From assembly GCA_004022145.1 (NCBI GenBank), contig RCNU01000008.1: a DNA stretch of 64,000 nucleotides. The stretch is one strand, 5' to 3'. This document shows, piece after piece, positions 49,745 through 63,549 of the stretch. This DNA is from Paecilomyces variotii (lineage: Eukaryota). The notes beneath the pieces were generated by a model, which was given only the letters and a program-made list of their open reading frames with translations, did not search any database and had not been told where the DNA came from. Position 1 is the first letter of the stretch. Each line of letters opens with the position of its first letter. Made by a program: the position numbers and the translations under genes.

Positions 49745-51308
49745 CTGCTTTTCTTTTCCTTTGTCTTTCTATGTATAGAATCCAACGATAATATATACAG
49801 CCCCGTCTTTATCGCGCGGGGGTATCGGTATTCAAAACGAGCGAGCGACGGTATAGAATCCAAAAAGCAGCCAGATGAGAGAAAAGGCGAGAGCGAAGAA
49901 AAAGACGTCAAAGGCCGCGCGAGTAATTCGGCGGACGGCGGGGGGAAGTTCGGCCTAGAGTTAACCAGTGGAGTTCGGCCGGGCCGAGCGATAGGTAGTA
50001 AACTAATTAGTTGAGACTTCCCCGAGAATTGTTATTCTGTGAGGTCCTCCAACGCCCTCTGTGGATATCTTGGAGACGTTTGTTGGGAGTTCGATAGAGG
50101 GAAGAATGGCGGAGATTTCCTCTGGGCTCAGAAAGCGCCTCCGCATCGCCTCCGCACCTCCGAGGGCGCAAAAACCCCTGTCACGTGACTAAGTTGGGGT
50201 CACGCTCGGGATCATGTCCGACTCGGCAGGAGTTGGAGTTGAACAGAAGATATAATTGATCAATATAATATAATGTCAATGGAGCGCATCTTAAAAACGA
50301 TAGTGCATGTTAAATTTGACGTCTGGCACATCTCCATTATTACTCAATATTTCTCCCCGCAGTATTGCAAAATCGTGGAATCAATAATCCTTCTTCTCAT
50401 GATTGACATCACAAAATCCATCGAGCAGAATCCAGAATCCCAAGGAACAAAAACAGTCGAACCGACTTGATCCAGGCTCCCCACAGAAGGATATTATCAT
50501 TAGACTTCACCAACTTAAAGCCACCAAGGCACCATGCGTCGCTAAACACAAAACTAGGACCACGGGAAGAGACATAATTTCCAGCCCTGGACGGGGCGTG
50601 CACTACCAAGGCTCCCATCGAATCGATCCGGGGACGGCGATCCCTAGAAATATACTCTTCTTTTCTTTGTCCACTGAGATATTACAGTTTCGAGATGCAG
50701 ACATCGTTACCGCGCAGGAGGTATTATTGTTGACGAAGCGCAATTACCGTGCACTGCTTTTTCTGTCAAGACATGGCGACCTGAAAATAGAATAATAGCA
50801 CAATGTTGTCGCATGAGCGAGCCTGGAGTTTTCGGACAAAACCATCCTTGAAATGCGCTGCTCCGGCATCACCAAAGTAATAATGTGCTGTACATATGCT
50901 CGTGAGAGCGCGGAAAAAGGAACAAAACAGAAATGCCAACATAGATAGCATAGCACACACAACGCAGGGTATGAGGGGATCAACTTTATCGCACGACACG
51001 AAGGGCAAGGAAATACAGAAGGAGTGCTGAAATAGAAACCGTAGATGAGCACCACACGGCAAATGAAAATCAAAAAGACATGAAAAAAAAAAAAAAAGAC
51101 ATCACTGCAAGGTTCATTCCATCATCCGTCGTCCAAGGGTACGAAACATTTTAGAACAAGAAAAAGATAATTGCGCCGGGGAGGCGGTTGGCTTTTTTTG
51201 GTTTCTTGAGAACCCCCGTTTTATCGATTGAAACGCCGGCGACGCCACATCCGCTACAAAATATGCTGTCCCAGGTTAAAAAGAGGGATTTTCTCCCATG
51301 AAAGTGAC

Positions 51309-53426
51309 TTAGGCATGGTTGACCACTAGTGTCAACTTTGGGTTTCTCTGCAGAGCGGTGTCCAGGTCGGTATCGCTGATGATCTCCACAAAGCTGCCGC
51401 TCGAATCGTCCTTGTACTGGATAATAATATCGTCGTTGACCTTCAAACGATCCTGGAGTTTCTCTTTCAGCCCCTGGAAATTGACATCGTTGGGCACACG
51501 GACGGCAATAAGATCGTCCTGGTAGAAGACCTTGATCTTCATTGCGCCGGTATTCGAGGACGTAGATGCCTGAGTCAGAGAGCTGGGCTGACGATTCATG
51601 GACTGCGCCTGAATCTCCAGGCGCGACTGCGGGGGGCCGTTTGTCTGCGACATCGAGGCCTGAGAACGCTGGTGACTGACGCGGTTGCCGACTCCGGGGT
51701 AGGCTCCCGCTCCACCGTTGATCTGTCCATGGGACGACTGTCGAGACACGGTGCGCGAGACATCGTGGACGGACGACTGTTGCGAACCACCAGAGTGTCT
51801 GTAATCATCGCCCAGAGCGTTGGGGTCAATTTCGAAGTCGCCCGGTCTAGGGGCGAAGAGCTGTCTCACGAGCTGGCAACGAGAGATGTGGGGAGACATG
51901 GCCAGAAGCTTCTTGACATACTCGTCGAGATTCTGTCTGCGACCGTTCGAGATGGCATCCGTGACATGAGTGACGGGCCCGGGCATGAACGGCAGTGTCC
52001 GTGGCTTGCCGCGGTTACCCGCCTCTTCCTCGAACTGGGTGAGCAGGGCGATCTGGAAGTCGTAGAAGTCGTGGTAGTATCGCGATAGCTCCCACCAGCG
52101 ACCGTCTTCCATCTTAACCTCAATGATATACCAGTACTTGTCGTTGTCGAAACAGTATCGGGGGATCGATGCCGACACCGGAGCCAGGAGAGGTGGTTGA
52201 TAGGAAGGCTCGCGGAACTGCGGAGTTGGCTGTCCAACCGCCGCATATCCGGAATCATGATGATGTCCCTGAAACAAAGTACCTGATTAGTTTACCGTCG
52301 ACCGGCTTCCTCGAGGGCGGCTTTTCTCCGGTACTCACGTTCTGTTGTCCGTTGGTGTGACCCGGGGTGTCGGGAGTCACGGACATCTTCCGCATACTGG
52401 TCGTGACGGACTGCACACTCGACGTGCTCGTCGAATCCAGTTTTCCGAGTGTGATGCTGGAGTTCTTGTATTCGGCGGTCATCTTCTTCCATTCCTCCAC
52501 CTTGGGTACACCCGCCTTTCTCACCGCTTCCAGAGGGTCTGCCACGGCCTGGCCGGTCGTCATGTCTCGCAGCTCGATGAACGACACTGGAATCAGGCCG
52601 GGACCGCCCAGGCGACCGATGGGTTTGGCCACGAACCACTCCGGGTTCGACTGGGCAATGACGATGATGGCCTCCCCGGCCTTTGCGTCCAGCTCGTCCG
52701 GGCGCTCAGCCTGGAAGTCGTACTGGACGACGCCATATACCATAGCTCCCTTCCCCATGGCGGACATGCGAGCGAAAGCCCCGGATTTGCTGGAGTTGGT
52801 CGAGTCTGGTTGCGCTGGCGAAGTGCGATCAGAGAAACCTGAGTCGTGCAGGTTCTGTTTGTGGGCTTCAACGGATCCTCCGCTATCCCTCTCGTTCTTG
52901 CCGACGGTCTCGAAATAAGACACCGGCACCAGGCCCCTTGCCTCGTTCAGCGGGTTGCACGCTTCGTACCAATCAGGGTCGTCCTCGCGGCTGACGACAT
53001 GGAAGAAGTCACCCTTGGTGAAGGCTAGCTCCTGGGAATTGCCAGGCTCGGGCTCGTAGTCGTATATTGCTTTGATTACCTGGAGGGGCGCACACGCGTG
53101 CCGTTAGCGCGCTGGGGCACGGGCATGCTTCGGAAAAAACATAAGATAGCCACCGGACAAACAATTCAACTCACCTTCTTTGGCGGTAAGGCAATGGCCG
53201 ACTTGTAGCCGACTGTGTACTTCTTCTGCGCAATCGAAATCGAATTATGACCGGACTTGTGCTCCCCTTTGAGAGACCGTCTGATGGCCTGTTGTGTCGT
53301 CGAGCAGGTTAGTTGGTCCGCATCGAGCGACGATCCGAAAAATGAGGGGCTTTCGCACGCCGGAGCCGACGGGGGGAGAGTATGATTGAGTAGTAGCAAG
53401 TAATGATGGATAAGACGCACCTTCAT
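51309..53426 (-). CDS. bem1: Polarity scaffold Bem1/BemA (SH3-SH3-PX-PB1)
   Basis: MK|AIRRSLKG; SH3-1 VIKAIYDY...ELAFTKGDFFHV...WYEACNP...GLVPVSYF; SH3-2 YDFQAERPDELDAKAGE...WFVAKPIGRLGGPGLIPVSF; PX LSRYYHDFYDFQIALL; PB1 KIKVFYQDDLIAVRVP. Confidence 0.95.
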
Positions 53427-55361
53427 GTTTCTTCCTCACGGCAGAACTACGCCGGGTTTCGACAGGATTCTTTTTCTTCTCTTGTAGAACGGGGCAACAC
53501 AGAAAGGAAGTTCGACGTCGAGGGCGACAGCAGAGTTAAATTCGAACGGTCCCCTCTCGCGGGCGAGCAGCTTGCAGACCCGAATTGCGACGACGACCAG
53601 TGCCCCGGTGGCCCCCCTGAGGTTGATCCTTCGGTCCCAGGGACAATGAATTGGCTTGACTGGACGGGGAACGGGAGGGTCCGCGGTCGTGCACCCACGG
53701 GCGACTCTTTTTCTCTGTGGCTGTGACTTTGCGCGGCACTGATGCCCACGCTTTCTCTTGTGGGGTGTGGGATTCTCTCCAAAGTGGCCCGCAGTCTCGA
53801 TGCCCTGGATTCCGCGAAAGAGACAGACAAGCAAGTCGAGGGTGAAGGGGGGAGGGAATGACAGCAAGAAATCCCAGGTCCTGTTAGACTATGTAGGTAA
53901 TGTAATATCTGGTCCCTGCGTGGAAGGGTGGAGAGACGGAGAGAGAGAGAATCGACGATCAACAAGAGTATCTCATATGCGACGATGGCGGGTAACGTAG
54001 GGACCGACAGCAACGTGTGTGCCTGCCTAAGCGTCTGCAGCGTGCTCAGAGCTTCTCTTGGTTCAGTTGGATCCAGTTGGTCTGGGCGTTAAGGCGTCAC
54101 TAGACACTCGTGGAGGAGAAAGGCGAAAAGATGGATCAGCCCCAGCCCTGTCGTTTAGCGAGTGAGTTAGTTGAATTAGTGAGTTAGAGCAGAACTTTAG
54201 GAGGCGTGAATGCGTACCCAGAATAATTATTATCGCCCCTATCGATAAGACCGAACCTACTAGAAAAGCAACCAACGCTGCCGGGGAAGCTGAAGACCCC
54301 TTCCGTGACAGAACTACTGCCCAACTGTCTGTCAATCAAGGAGAGACATGCGTGGCGTAGATCATTCATTCAAATTGTCGGGTCCCTGTGATGTGATGAG
54401 GGCGCTAAGGAACTTTTTGGGATAGAACAGAGGATGAAGGCGAATTTGGGAACAAAGGGAACAACCCCTCCTTTCCAGCACAACGGATGCACCAGTCACA
54501 TAACCACCTAGGTAACTAACGACCTCCAGCTAAGTGAGCCATCGATGTTGGTTCCAGGGTTCGCAGTCCACCAGAAGGCAAATGGCAAAAAGAATTCGCA
54601 ATTGACGCTGAGTTACTATTATCCCCCCGCCACGGGACCCCATTGAAACTAATCCTGTTCCAGGGTCGTTGGCGATCGATAACCATAGATAATAATAATA
54701 CCTCGCTGTGGCACAAATAACTTTCCCCCCTTTCTCTATCTCGAAAGATTTAATCCCTATCGCTAGGATGGATGAAATTAGATCAGACTAGAGCCTCCTT
54801 TCGGTTGGGTTATACCGTTGAAATCATGTAGGAGTCGCCAAGTATGACCGCCCTGAGAAAAGGAAACCAAACCCAGTACGATTATGCCCTCTTATCATCT
54901 CAGACACAATAATCTCAAATAATACTCTTCCCCCTAGTCTAGTTTATCGTATCCTGTTTCCACATCCAGCAAAAAAGGGAATCTGACACGCGCCAAAGAA
55001 ATATCTATCCCAGTAACGTTTGGGACGGGCCCTCAGCCCAACGCACAAAAGCATGCGCCACGATACCCTCGATACATACTAACAAGCAATAAAAAGACCT
55101 ATTAAGGATGCACCCAAGCGCCTGGAAATTCCCCGACGATGATCCTCCGCGGGACAACTCCTACTGGGTCATTTTCTCCCATAGGGCTAAGCTAGCCTGA
55201 GTAGCTGCTATAGTATTCTCTTGGGAAGTCTCAAAGGGGCGGGGCAGGGAGTCTCTATTATTGCTCACACTGATTATTAGCTAGAGCACACTCTACAAAT
55301 TGATCGATATTACTCGATGATAATTTATCGAGGGATCGTGGAAGCGCCCACCTGTTTTTTG

Positions 55362-55399
<38 letters not shown>

Positions 55400-55410
55400 T
55401 CGCGCGCGCG
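55362..55410. repeat. (TCTT)~9 microsatellite abutting a (CG)5 run
   Basis: tctttctttcttt... at 55362-55397, then cgcgcgcgcg at 55401-55410. Confidence 0.85.
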
Positions 55411-57379
55411 ATCTCCCTTCATGAAAAAGCCTCCTTGTGCCGCTGAGTGGTGCGTTACATAGGCGGCGCCCTTGCAGCGCTCTCTTCAATTTAACCTGCC
55501 ACCTCCTTTTCGAATCTAATAGGGCAGGGCCGGCACCTAATTTAATATTGGGCGCTTAGGCTGTCCTGTCTAGATTTCCGAGTTGCCCAGTGATGATGAA
55601 AGAGAAAGGGGGAAGAAGCATAGGAGTTATCGTGATCAAAGCGACGTTCAGTTATGTATATTCTGTACGCAAATGGTGAGACTGAATACCTTAATAGCGT
55701 ATAGCGGTACCTACCTATAATTAAATTAAATTGGAATATGACGCTTGGTACCTAACGTATGTTACTACACAACCTACATAAAGTACCGCGCTGCCATCTG
55801 GACGAATCCACCTCGACGTCACTCGTCATAACGCGGATAAATATGACAGCGCACATTACATCCAATATTAGTTATGCAAGTTAGATTATCTACAAAAAAG
55901 GAAAAGAAAAATAAGGGGATTGCGCACCAAAAGGATAAAAATTCTTGCATCAAACTACCAGAAGAAAAAGGGAGACTGCTGCAGTACATGCATCAAAAGA
56001 CTCCACAACCGAATGACGGAAGAAATTCGGAATCGCATATATGCATGCCTGCATGTCTGCATGTATCTGGAGATCTTGTGAGTACTGAGAATGACTGTTA
56101 AATTGATTTAATTACTTTGCTGTAGGATGTAAATCGGCAGGTAATAAATAATTAAGTGCAGCGACGCAACCTCTGCCATATCAGTCCTACCACTGGTCGC
56201 GTTTCAGATCCTGAATTTGGAAGGGCAGAGACGACAAATCATTGGACGGAGGGCTATACTGAGCAGTAGCAACGCAACTGCTAGATCTACTATGTCGAGT
56301 AGGTCTGGAGACACGGACTGTCTGGAAGGGGTCAGTGGGGAGTTTTCAGGTCCAAGGATAAATCAAAGGTCAAGTATAACACAGCTTCTAGGGTGCAGTC
56401 GGGGACTTGTGGAATACTATAGTTATAACAGTACATGTTTCGTGACAAATCTTGTATAGAAACAGGTATGACAACTCGAGGTTGAGAGAGATCTCGCCAA
56501 AGGAACTGGAGATCCCTAATTCATAATTACCACTTGAGTGAATATCCATGTAGTTTCGCATAATATCTATGGCATCTAGATCTCCTCTCCTTTCTGGGCC
56601 CATAACCAGACGAGTTAGACTTCCTAGATAGCATTGAACAGGGTTATATAGTTAGAGGGTGTTAGACTAGGATATGGGTTGACGGAACCCTGTTTACCCT
56701 TCAACTAGCCGGCTAAGATTTGACTATGTGTTTGTTGCTTATAGTTTGAGATAGATATCGCGAATCTAAGCTTTCCCTCGTCATTGGGGGCACACGTCAT
56801 CTCGTCCAACTTTGCTTAGATAGCGGCAGGCCCTTGATCAGTCCTAGCATCCTCAGGACCAGTTTCAGATGGTAGGATGGTAGGTGACTGCCTGGTAACT
56901 GCTCTAGCTAATAACGAGATGCGGAGACGGGGTTGTTCAAAGATCATATTTATTAACTTCAATATGCAACTGCTGTACGCTACTATGTATTTATCCACTA
57001 GAGTCAACGCAAAAAAAGACCAGAACATTGTCCAACACAATCGCAGCCGCTCGTGTGGTATCATTAGCCAGGTCTCCCGGGGGAATCTCAGATGCGAAAT
57101 TACGGCAAAGCCAACACCGTCCGAACCCACAGAACATGCATCGCCAAGGGATGACGCCGATATGCTGACAATACCGGGTATGTCGTACGCTCAGACGCAG
57201 AAGAAAGTGGGTGACCGGAAAGAGTAGTCACCGATGAATGAAAAAGAATAGTGAATAGGCGAAAGCGAAAACAGTGAAATTCGGATGTCACCGCCTGGTA
57301 TGCATGCCGCTAAAGGGTGAATACGAAAGATTTAAGAATAGCTCCGGGCAGTAGATTGAAATAGCTTCATAAGCGAATT

Positions 57380-59044
57380 TCAAATCTGTCCTTTGATGTC
57401 GACGACTCTGTGGGCATCGGTTTTGGCCACTTCGAAAATACGACCTGCTTTACCCGTCATGAGCTTCACTCCGCCATCCTTCTCCTGGAGGAGTTCTTCT
57501 GGAGCGTGATCGAGGATGAAGCGTGCGCTTTGCTCGTCGGACTCGAAGCCTAGTTCTTCAGTAATAAAACGGATATTTACGTCCGGCTTGTACCTGCAAG
57601 AAGTTAGTTTGGATTCCTGCGTGTTCTGTCGTTGCATCACTTACGCTTTACAAATGCATGCAAGAGCAGAGAGTCGCTCCCGGTCAACGAACATGTCCAT
57701 GAGATACGCTCCCATGTTCGGCGTATCCAGATAGAGCTGGAAGAACCGATGATAATTCCCAAGTGCAAGGGCCGAGCGGACCTCAAGGGCATGTTTGACA
57801 GCGGGGTCAGATTTATCTGCTGGGGTTAGATCTGCCAATGCGTCGTTCATAGCCGTCGGGTTGCGAGTATGAATGAAATAGAGAATGCGATACGCCTTGA
57901 ATTCCGTCGGGTGTCCTCCCAGATTCTGTGCGTACAGTGCCCGCAGTTGCGTTTGACACTGATTATACTCACCAAGGTCTCCTTTCTCCAGGGCAATCCG
58001 AGCATGGATCTCATAGACGTTGACAGTGAATTCATTCCGGATATGTTGCACTGTCAAGTCTTGCCGCAACGACTTGAATTGATCACAGATATAACCATAG
58101 TTATTTTCTTTCCTCCACTTCTTCTTGAGCAAGTCCAGGGTCTTCTCCAAAACCGGCAAGGGACGGACGGTATCCGGGTTAGGAGCCGAAGTCAAGCGGA
58201 AGTAGTTCTTCTCCAAATTCTGACACCGTCCAACGACAGGGCCTTGGTGGCCCCCAGCAGGGGACTCGTCGCGAGAAGAGGTCTGTGGCGATCCATATCC
58301 GCGGGAATCTTCGAACCGCTTCCTCCGGATCTCCAGATTAGCTTTGGACTTACTTGAGTTTAGGCTGTAATCTATTCGTTGTCGCTTGTCATTGGGGGAA
58401 TAACTGATGCGATCTTCAAAATTATTGCGATTGTTAGTCTTCCTCCAGGGTGGGGAACTGTCTGCCTCCTCAGTCGAGTAGTCGTTTGACTTTCTCTTCT
58501 TCGCGCGATCATCACTCGGGGTGTCGTATCTTGAGGCAAACCCGGTCGAGGTAGTCCATGATGACACAGCAGGGTTTGTCAGTATCTTATTGCGTTCGTT
58601 CTGAATCATAACCTGTGGAAGAGGCAACGCATCCCAGTTGATTGACTCCAGCTTGTTGCTCTCAGCAGCCTCGCTGATCACTTGTTTCAGCTTCGCCTCC
58701 ATTTCTTGCCTGCTGATCCCTGCTATCTGGTACTCCGGTACGAAGCTGCGCTGCACATACATGCGGACCGAAAGTGGCCATTCGACTTTCTTTGCAGGTG
58801 GAGGTTGAGCGCGAGGCGGCGAAGATTGGGCGGCAGCATTCGAGACTGTGCTTGTATGAGATGAATCGGCGGAATAGCCAAAGTTACGGCGAGCTTGAAC
58901 AGGAATATATGCCGGAGACGCTACAGAAGAGTCAGAGACACACTCATTACGCAGCTGGAAAGAAGACTCACTATTTCCAACATAGGAAGAGGTCGTTGTC
59001 ACAGCCGGTGCTCCAGCACGCCATGGAGGAATGCTGGAACTCAT
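57380..59044 (-). CDS. SAC3/GANP/THP3-family protein (Thp3/LENG8-like)
   Basis: VVGRCQNLEKNYFRLTSAPNPDTVRP, YICDQFKSLRQDLTVQHI, VYEIHARIALEKGDLGEYNQCQTQL, and C-terminal VDIKGQI after a final intron. Confidence 0.92.
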
Positions 59045-59572
59045 GATGAAGTGATTCTTCCCGGGCAGAACAGAGAAAATGATTAGGGTGTTTCACAAGG
59101 TCTACGGAATATCGAGAGTGAGGAAATCGAGGACTCGTCCTCTCCACAACCACGATACGGGACAGAGGGAGAAAGCAAAGTCAGAAAGAGTAAGGAAAAT
59201 GACAGCCCGGGAGTCACTGTGGCTGAAAGAACAAACTGGTCAACACGGATAGATAGATATCCCACGCTGTCTAGCTGTGGTCGCAGGATAATTCGATGGA
59301 GGGAGAACCTTGGGCAAGTCAGGAGATGCGAAGGCAGAGAGAAATGAGGATCGCTTAAGTTACCGCTTCCAGGCGTCCCGCTCGGTGGCTTCGGCAGTTA
59401 TTGTGGCTGAGAGCTCCAGCCCACTTCACGGGCGATAAGTAAGCTGGAGCTGTGTCGATGGTGACGGAGATAACAATTCAAGTTGACAACTGGATAGTGC
59501 AGAAAGAGACAATACTGTGCTTTCTTCACAATGATATGCATGCCAGCATTCTCTACGATCACAGCGGGATAG

Positions 59573-61607
59573 ATGTTACTCAAGCCAGTGGACCTGACCA
59601 CTGCACTCCGCCCGTCACTGTTACCAGATGAGACTCTGCTCTTCGTTCAGGATGCGGTGGGGTTGTATGAAGGGTGAGACTGCTTGTCATAACCTCCTTG
59701 CATCTTGCTAGTGTAATGTCCTTATTTCTGGATTCTGACATAGTGCTGGTGTCTGTGTAGGAAATACAAGATCCCCAACTACCAAAACGGTCATGCGTAC
59801 CTGACTTCCTACCGAGTATGCTATGTTTCAGCAGATGAGCCACGGAAGTATTCCGTTAGTTTCGACCTCAAGGATATAGATCGAGTGGAATATCAGGTAG
59901 GTATTTAGTGGCAACATCTTTGCGCTGTCAACTCATTCGGTCAAGGCAGGGTTTCTTAAGTCGTCTGCGAAGATAACCGTCTATCCCAAACCTCCGAGAC
60001 GTGGACTGGGATCATCACCGGCCAGGGATGGAGTTTTATCAGCAGGCAACCCCTCTGGTTCCTCAAATGGCCCATCGAGCTCCCCGGTTCCCCGGAGATC
60101 CAGTCCGTTTGCTTCCCCGGTGGCATCCCCCAACCCCAATCCGATAAGCGCAACTTGGATTTGTCCTATATGCTCCTTCTCCAACCCGGTTCCGTCGAAC
60201 TTCGATCCAGCAATTGCTAATCCGTCGTCGGATTTGCCGCCTTGTCTGGCATGTGGTATAAAGCCACCTTTTACAACGGTGCTGAAAGCTGCGATTGCCG
60301 CAGCTGCGAATCGAGGCGCCAATAACCCGTCGCAGCCTGATGTGTCTGGCAGCCAAGATCAGTCTCAAGCAGGAGGCGCTGAACCGGCTACTGGTCTCTC
60401 ATCGCCAACACCTTCGCAATCCGTGGCGTGTCCACGATGTACTTTTGTCAATCATCCATCTATCATTGAATGCGAAATGTGTGGAGCCTCGTTGGTTGCA
60501 GCGGGTGCTCTGCGTCTGAGGACCGACGATCTTCGTCGTGCAGAATCACCAGCGCCTCTCTTTGCACAGTCAAGCATCATCAACACTGAGATCACGGACT
60601 GTGTCAAGCTTTCGTTTCGTGGGGGAGGAGAGAAGATCTTTCATGAAAGACTAAAGGGAGCTTTAGTGCAGAGGAAATGGCTTCTACAGAGTGCTCCGCC
60701 GGTCCCGCAGCCTTCGCAATCGTCAGCACCTCAGTCCTTCAGTGCGGTCAATGCTGGCACTCGTCAGCACACGGATCTTCGATCGACAGGAGTCGGCATT
60801 GCCGGACTCGAACGACGAGGTGCTGAGTTGCGGAGGAAGAATGAATTTGTCATTGGAAATGCATTTGAGGACTTGGAAGCGCTCATGGCGTCTGCCAAAG
60901 AAGTAATCGCTCTTGCTGAGACTTTTTCTCGGGAAAATCGTCTGTCGAACGGTGATTCTACTGAAGCTAGCGCGTTACTTTCACAATCGGCTGATGCGCT
61001 CGGTATGATCACTACAAAGGACATGCTTAGTTCCGGCTCTGAGAACCTGTATCTCTCGGAGCTTTCCCGGAATTTGGCCGAGTATCTTACTGATGACCGG
61101 AATGGAATACTTCGGAAGGAAGGCGGCATCATGAGTCTAATCGACCTTTGGGCCGTTTTCAACCGCAGCAGAAATGGCGTCGAGCTGGTCAGTCCCTCTG
61201 ATTTCAAAAAGGCGGCTGAACTGTGGGAGAAACTCAAGCTCCCGATCCGTCTGCGCAAGTTCAAGAGCGGGCTTCTTGTTGTTCAGCGGTATGACTGGAG
61301 CGATGAGAAGACGATCAAGCAAATCCAAGTGTGGATGGAAGAGCTCAGACGCACTCCACCAAGTGAGCCTGTTGCTTGGGATTGGCAGACGTTCGGTAGA
61401 GGAGTGACTGCACAGGAGGCCGCCCGTCGTTTCGGGTGGAGCGTTGGTGTAGCGGCTGAGGAACTGGAGATGGCAGAGGACAGAGGTTTCCTCTGCAGAG
61501 AAGATGGCATTGAGGGATCTCGGTTCTGGAGCAACCACATTTCAATGTCTGATCAGGATCCAGGGGCCCATATCCTTGAACATGCTGTCTCCCGCCTGGT
61601 CGTCTGA
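59573..61607 (+). CDS. vps36: ESCRT-II subunit Vps36
   Basis: MLLKPVDLTTALRPSLLPDETLLFVQDAVGLYEG|KYKIPNYQNGHAYLTSYR (GLUE domain); NZF fingers WICPICSFSN...CLACG and CPRCTFVNHPSIIECEMCG; VKLSFRGGG; EAP30 domain AFEDLEALMASAKE...LCREDGIEG. Confidence 0.95.
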
Positions 61608-62186
61608 GCACAACAGCGTTACAGCGGTATTATGAGCTACGAGATTTTTCTTTTCATGATTACGAACATACAACTCGAGATAAAACATCACATTGAATAT
61701 ATATGACCTACTAAAGGAATCAATAATACCTTGTTTTCTATGAGAACAGTCCATATACGTACTGTACTTTTGTCTCGGCGGTTTTTGACCAGTTGACAGA
61801 CTGTCGGAACGATGTGGCGATGGTCTGAGCTCTCAGGAACTTACAAGGCTAAACCACATTTAGTCTAGCTCCTTGAGAATGCCGTAGAAACGAAAACAAA
61901 GAGATAATTCGTCCGCCAACAGAGAAAAAAAAAAGAACACTAATACTGATCTTAGTGCTGATGCGTCTTGTTGATGCCTTCTAGCGTTGCATGCGTAACC
62001 TGGGGAGTTGCCCTGCCTGATTTCCAGACATTCATATCATAGTACCTAGTTACCTAATCTTTTATCTCTCTCTAACTAAGTACTTACTTCCCGGTGCGAA
62101 GCATCAGGAGTCTGGGACTCTGCCAGATCTATCTCCTGCAGCTTCTTCGACCAGGGCGGCAGTCCACCCAGAAACAAGGGACCGAA

Positions 62187-63549
62187 ATGTCTGGAAATAC
62201 AGATTTATCCAAAGATGTGCAACTTGCAAATGCACCCGAGGACAGTGTCTCCGACCTATCATGGTCGTCCGCGGGAAACTATCTAGCTGTCGCATCGTGG
62301 GACAATAAAGTTCGGATTTACGATGTGACGCAGAATGCAACGGGCGAAGGAAAGGCAATGATCAGTTTTGATGCTCCGGTTTTGAGCTGTCGGTGGTCTA
62401 AGGTGAGTTTTTTATTTTTTATTTTTTTATCTTTTTTCCTACGGAAATCGGGATTTTGACCGTTTTACTCTTTTGGCGCATCTGTATGTATTATTCAATT
62501 TATAGTATACTTACAGTGGGCCCCGATATCAATGTCAAACTTATCATCCCATCGAGTATGATGCACTATACATTGATAGTATAGTTTTATACAAGAATAA
62601 CTGCGCCTAACAATGAAAGCTCTATTATCAACTAAACTAACTAACTACAAAAACAGGACGGATCCAAAGTTGTCGGCGCAGGCGCAGACAATACAGCCCG
62701 ACTACTCGACCTCGCCGCCAACGGGGCACCAGCACAGCAAGTCGCCGCACACGACGCTCCCATTAAATGCGTGCGGTTTTTCGAAGCGCCCAATTCCAAT
62801 GCCCCTATGATTGCCACGGGGTCATGGGACAAGTCCGTCCGGTACTGGGACCTTCGACAATCGAATCCCGTCGCGACGCTGCAGTGTCCTGAAAGAGTCT
62901 ATTCGATGGATATCAAAGACAAGCTCTTCGTTATTGGAACTGCTGAACGGCATATCAATATAGTTAATCTTGATAATCCGACGACGGTTTTCAAGACGCT
63001 TACGAGTCCGCTTAAGCAGCAAACGAGGGTGGTCAGTTGCGTTTTGGACGCGTCGGGGTTTGCGGTGGGGAGTATTGAGGGGAGGGTTGCGTTTCATTAT
63101 GTTGATGAGAAGAATTCAAGGTATGTATCTTTTTTTTTTTTTACACAAATGATTCAAAGGTTATAAGCTAACATAACCCCACCCACAACAGTCAAAACTT
63201 CTCCTTCAAATGCCACCGTGAAACACCAAGCAACAACAACAGCAAAGTCTATTCCGTCAACGCTATCTCCATCCATCCCGTCCAGGGCACCTTCGGCACC
63301 GCCGGGTCAGACGGAACATTCCACTTCTGGGATAAAGACGCTCGCTCTCGTCTAAAAGGCTACCCTAGCGTTGGGGGTTCTATCCCTGCCACTGCATTTA
63401 ACAAGGACGGAACCATCTTCTCATACGCTGTCAGTTATGACTGGAGCCAGGGATTCTCGTTGAATACGGCACAATATCCGAACAAGATCATGCTACATCA
63501 GACGAGTGACGACGAGTGTAAGAAGAGGACATCGACGAAGAAACGATGA
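62187..63549 (+). CDS. Rae1/Gle2 (SonA)-like WD40 mRNA export factor
   Basis: PEDSVSDLSWS, LAVASWDNKVRIY, QVAAHDAPI, TGSWDKSVRYWDLRQ, GFAVGSIEGR, NFSFKCHR, GSDGTFHFWDKD..RLKG and YAVSYDWSQG; introns at 62403-62656 and 63121-63190. Confidence 0.92.

Noticed and set aside
50180..50189. Palindrome GTCACGTGAC (bHLH/Cbf1-type E-box) upstream of afg1
   Set aside because: A plausible ordinary promoter element, but a single site with no further support; not a centromere signal in this group of fungi.
56637..56694. 9-bp inverted repeat AACAGGGTT...AACCCTGTT in a TA-rich patch
   Set aside because: Too short, with no target-site duplication or second copy, to call a MITE.
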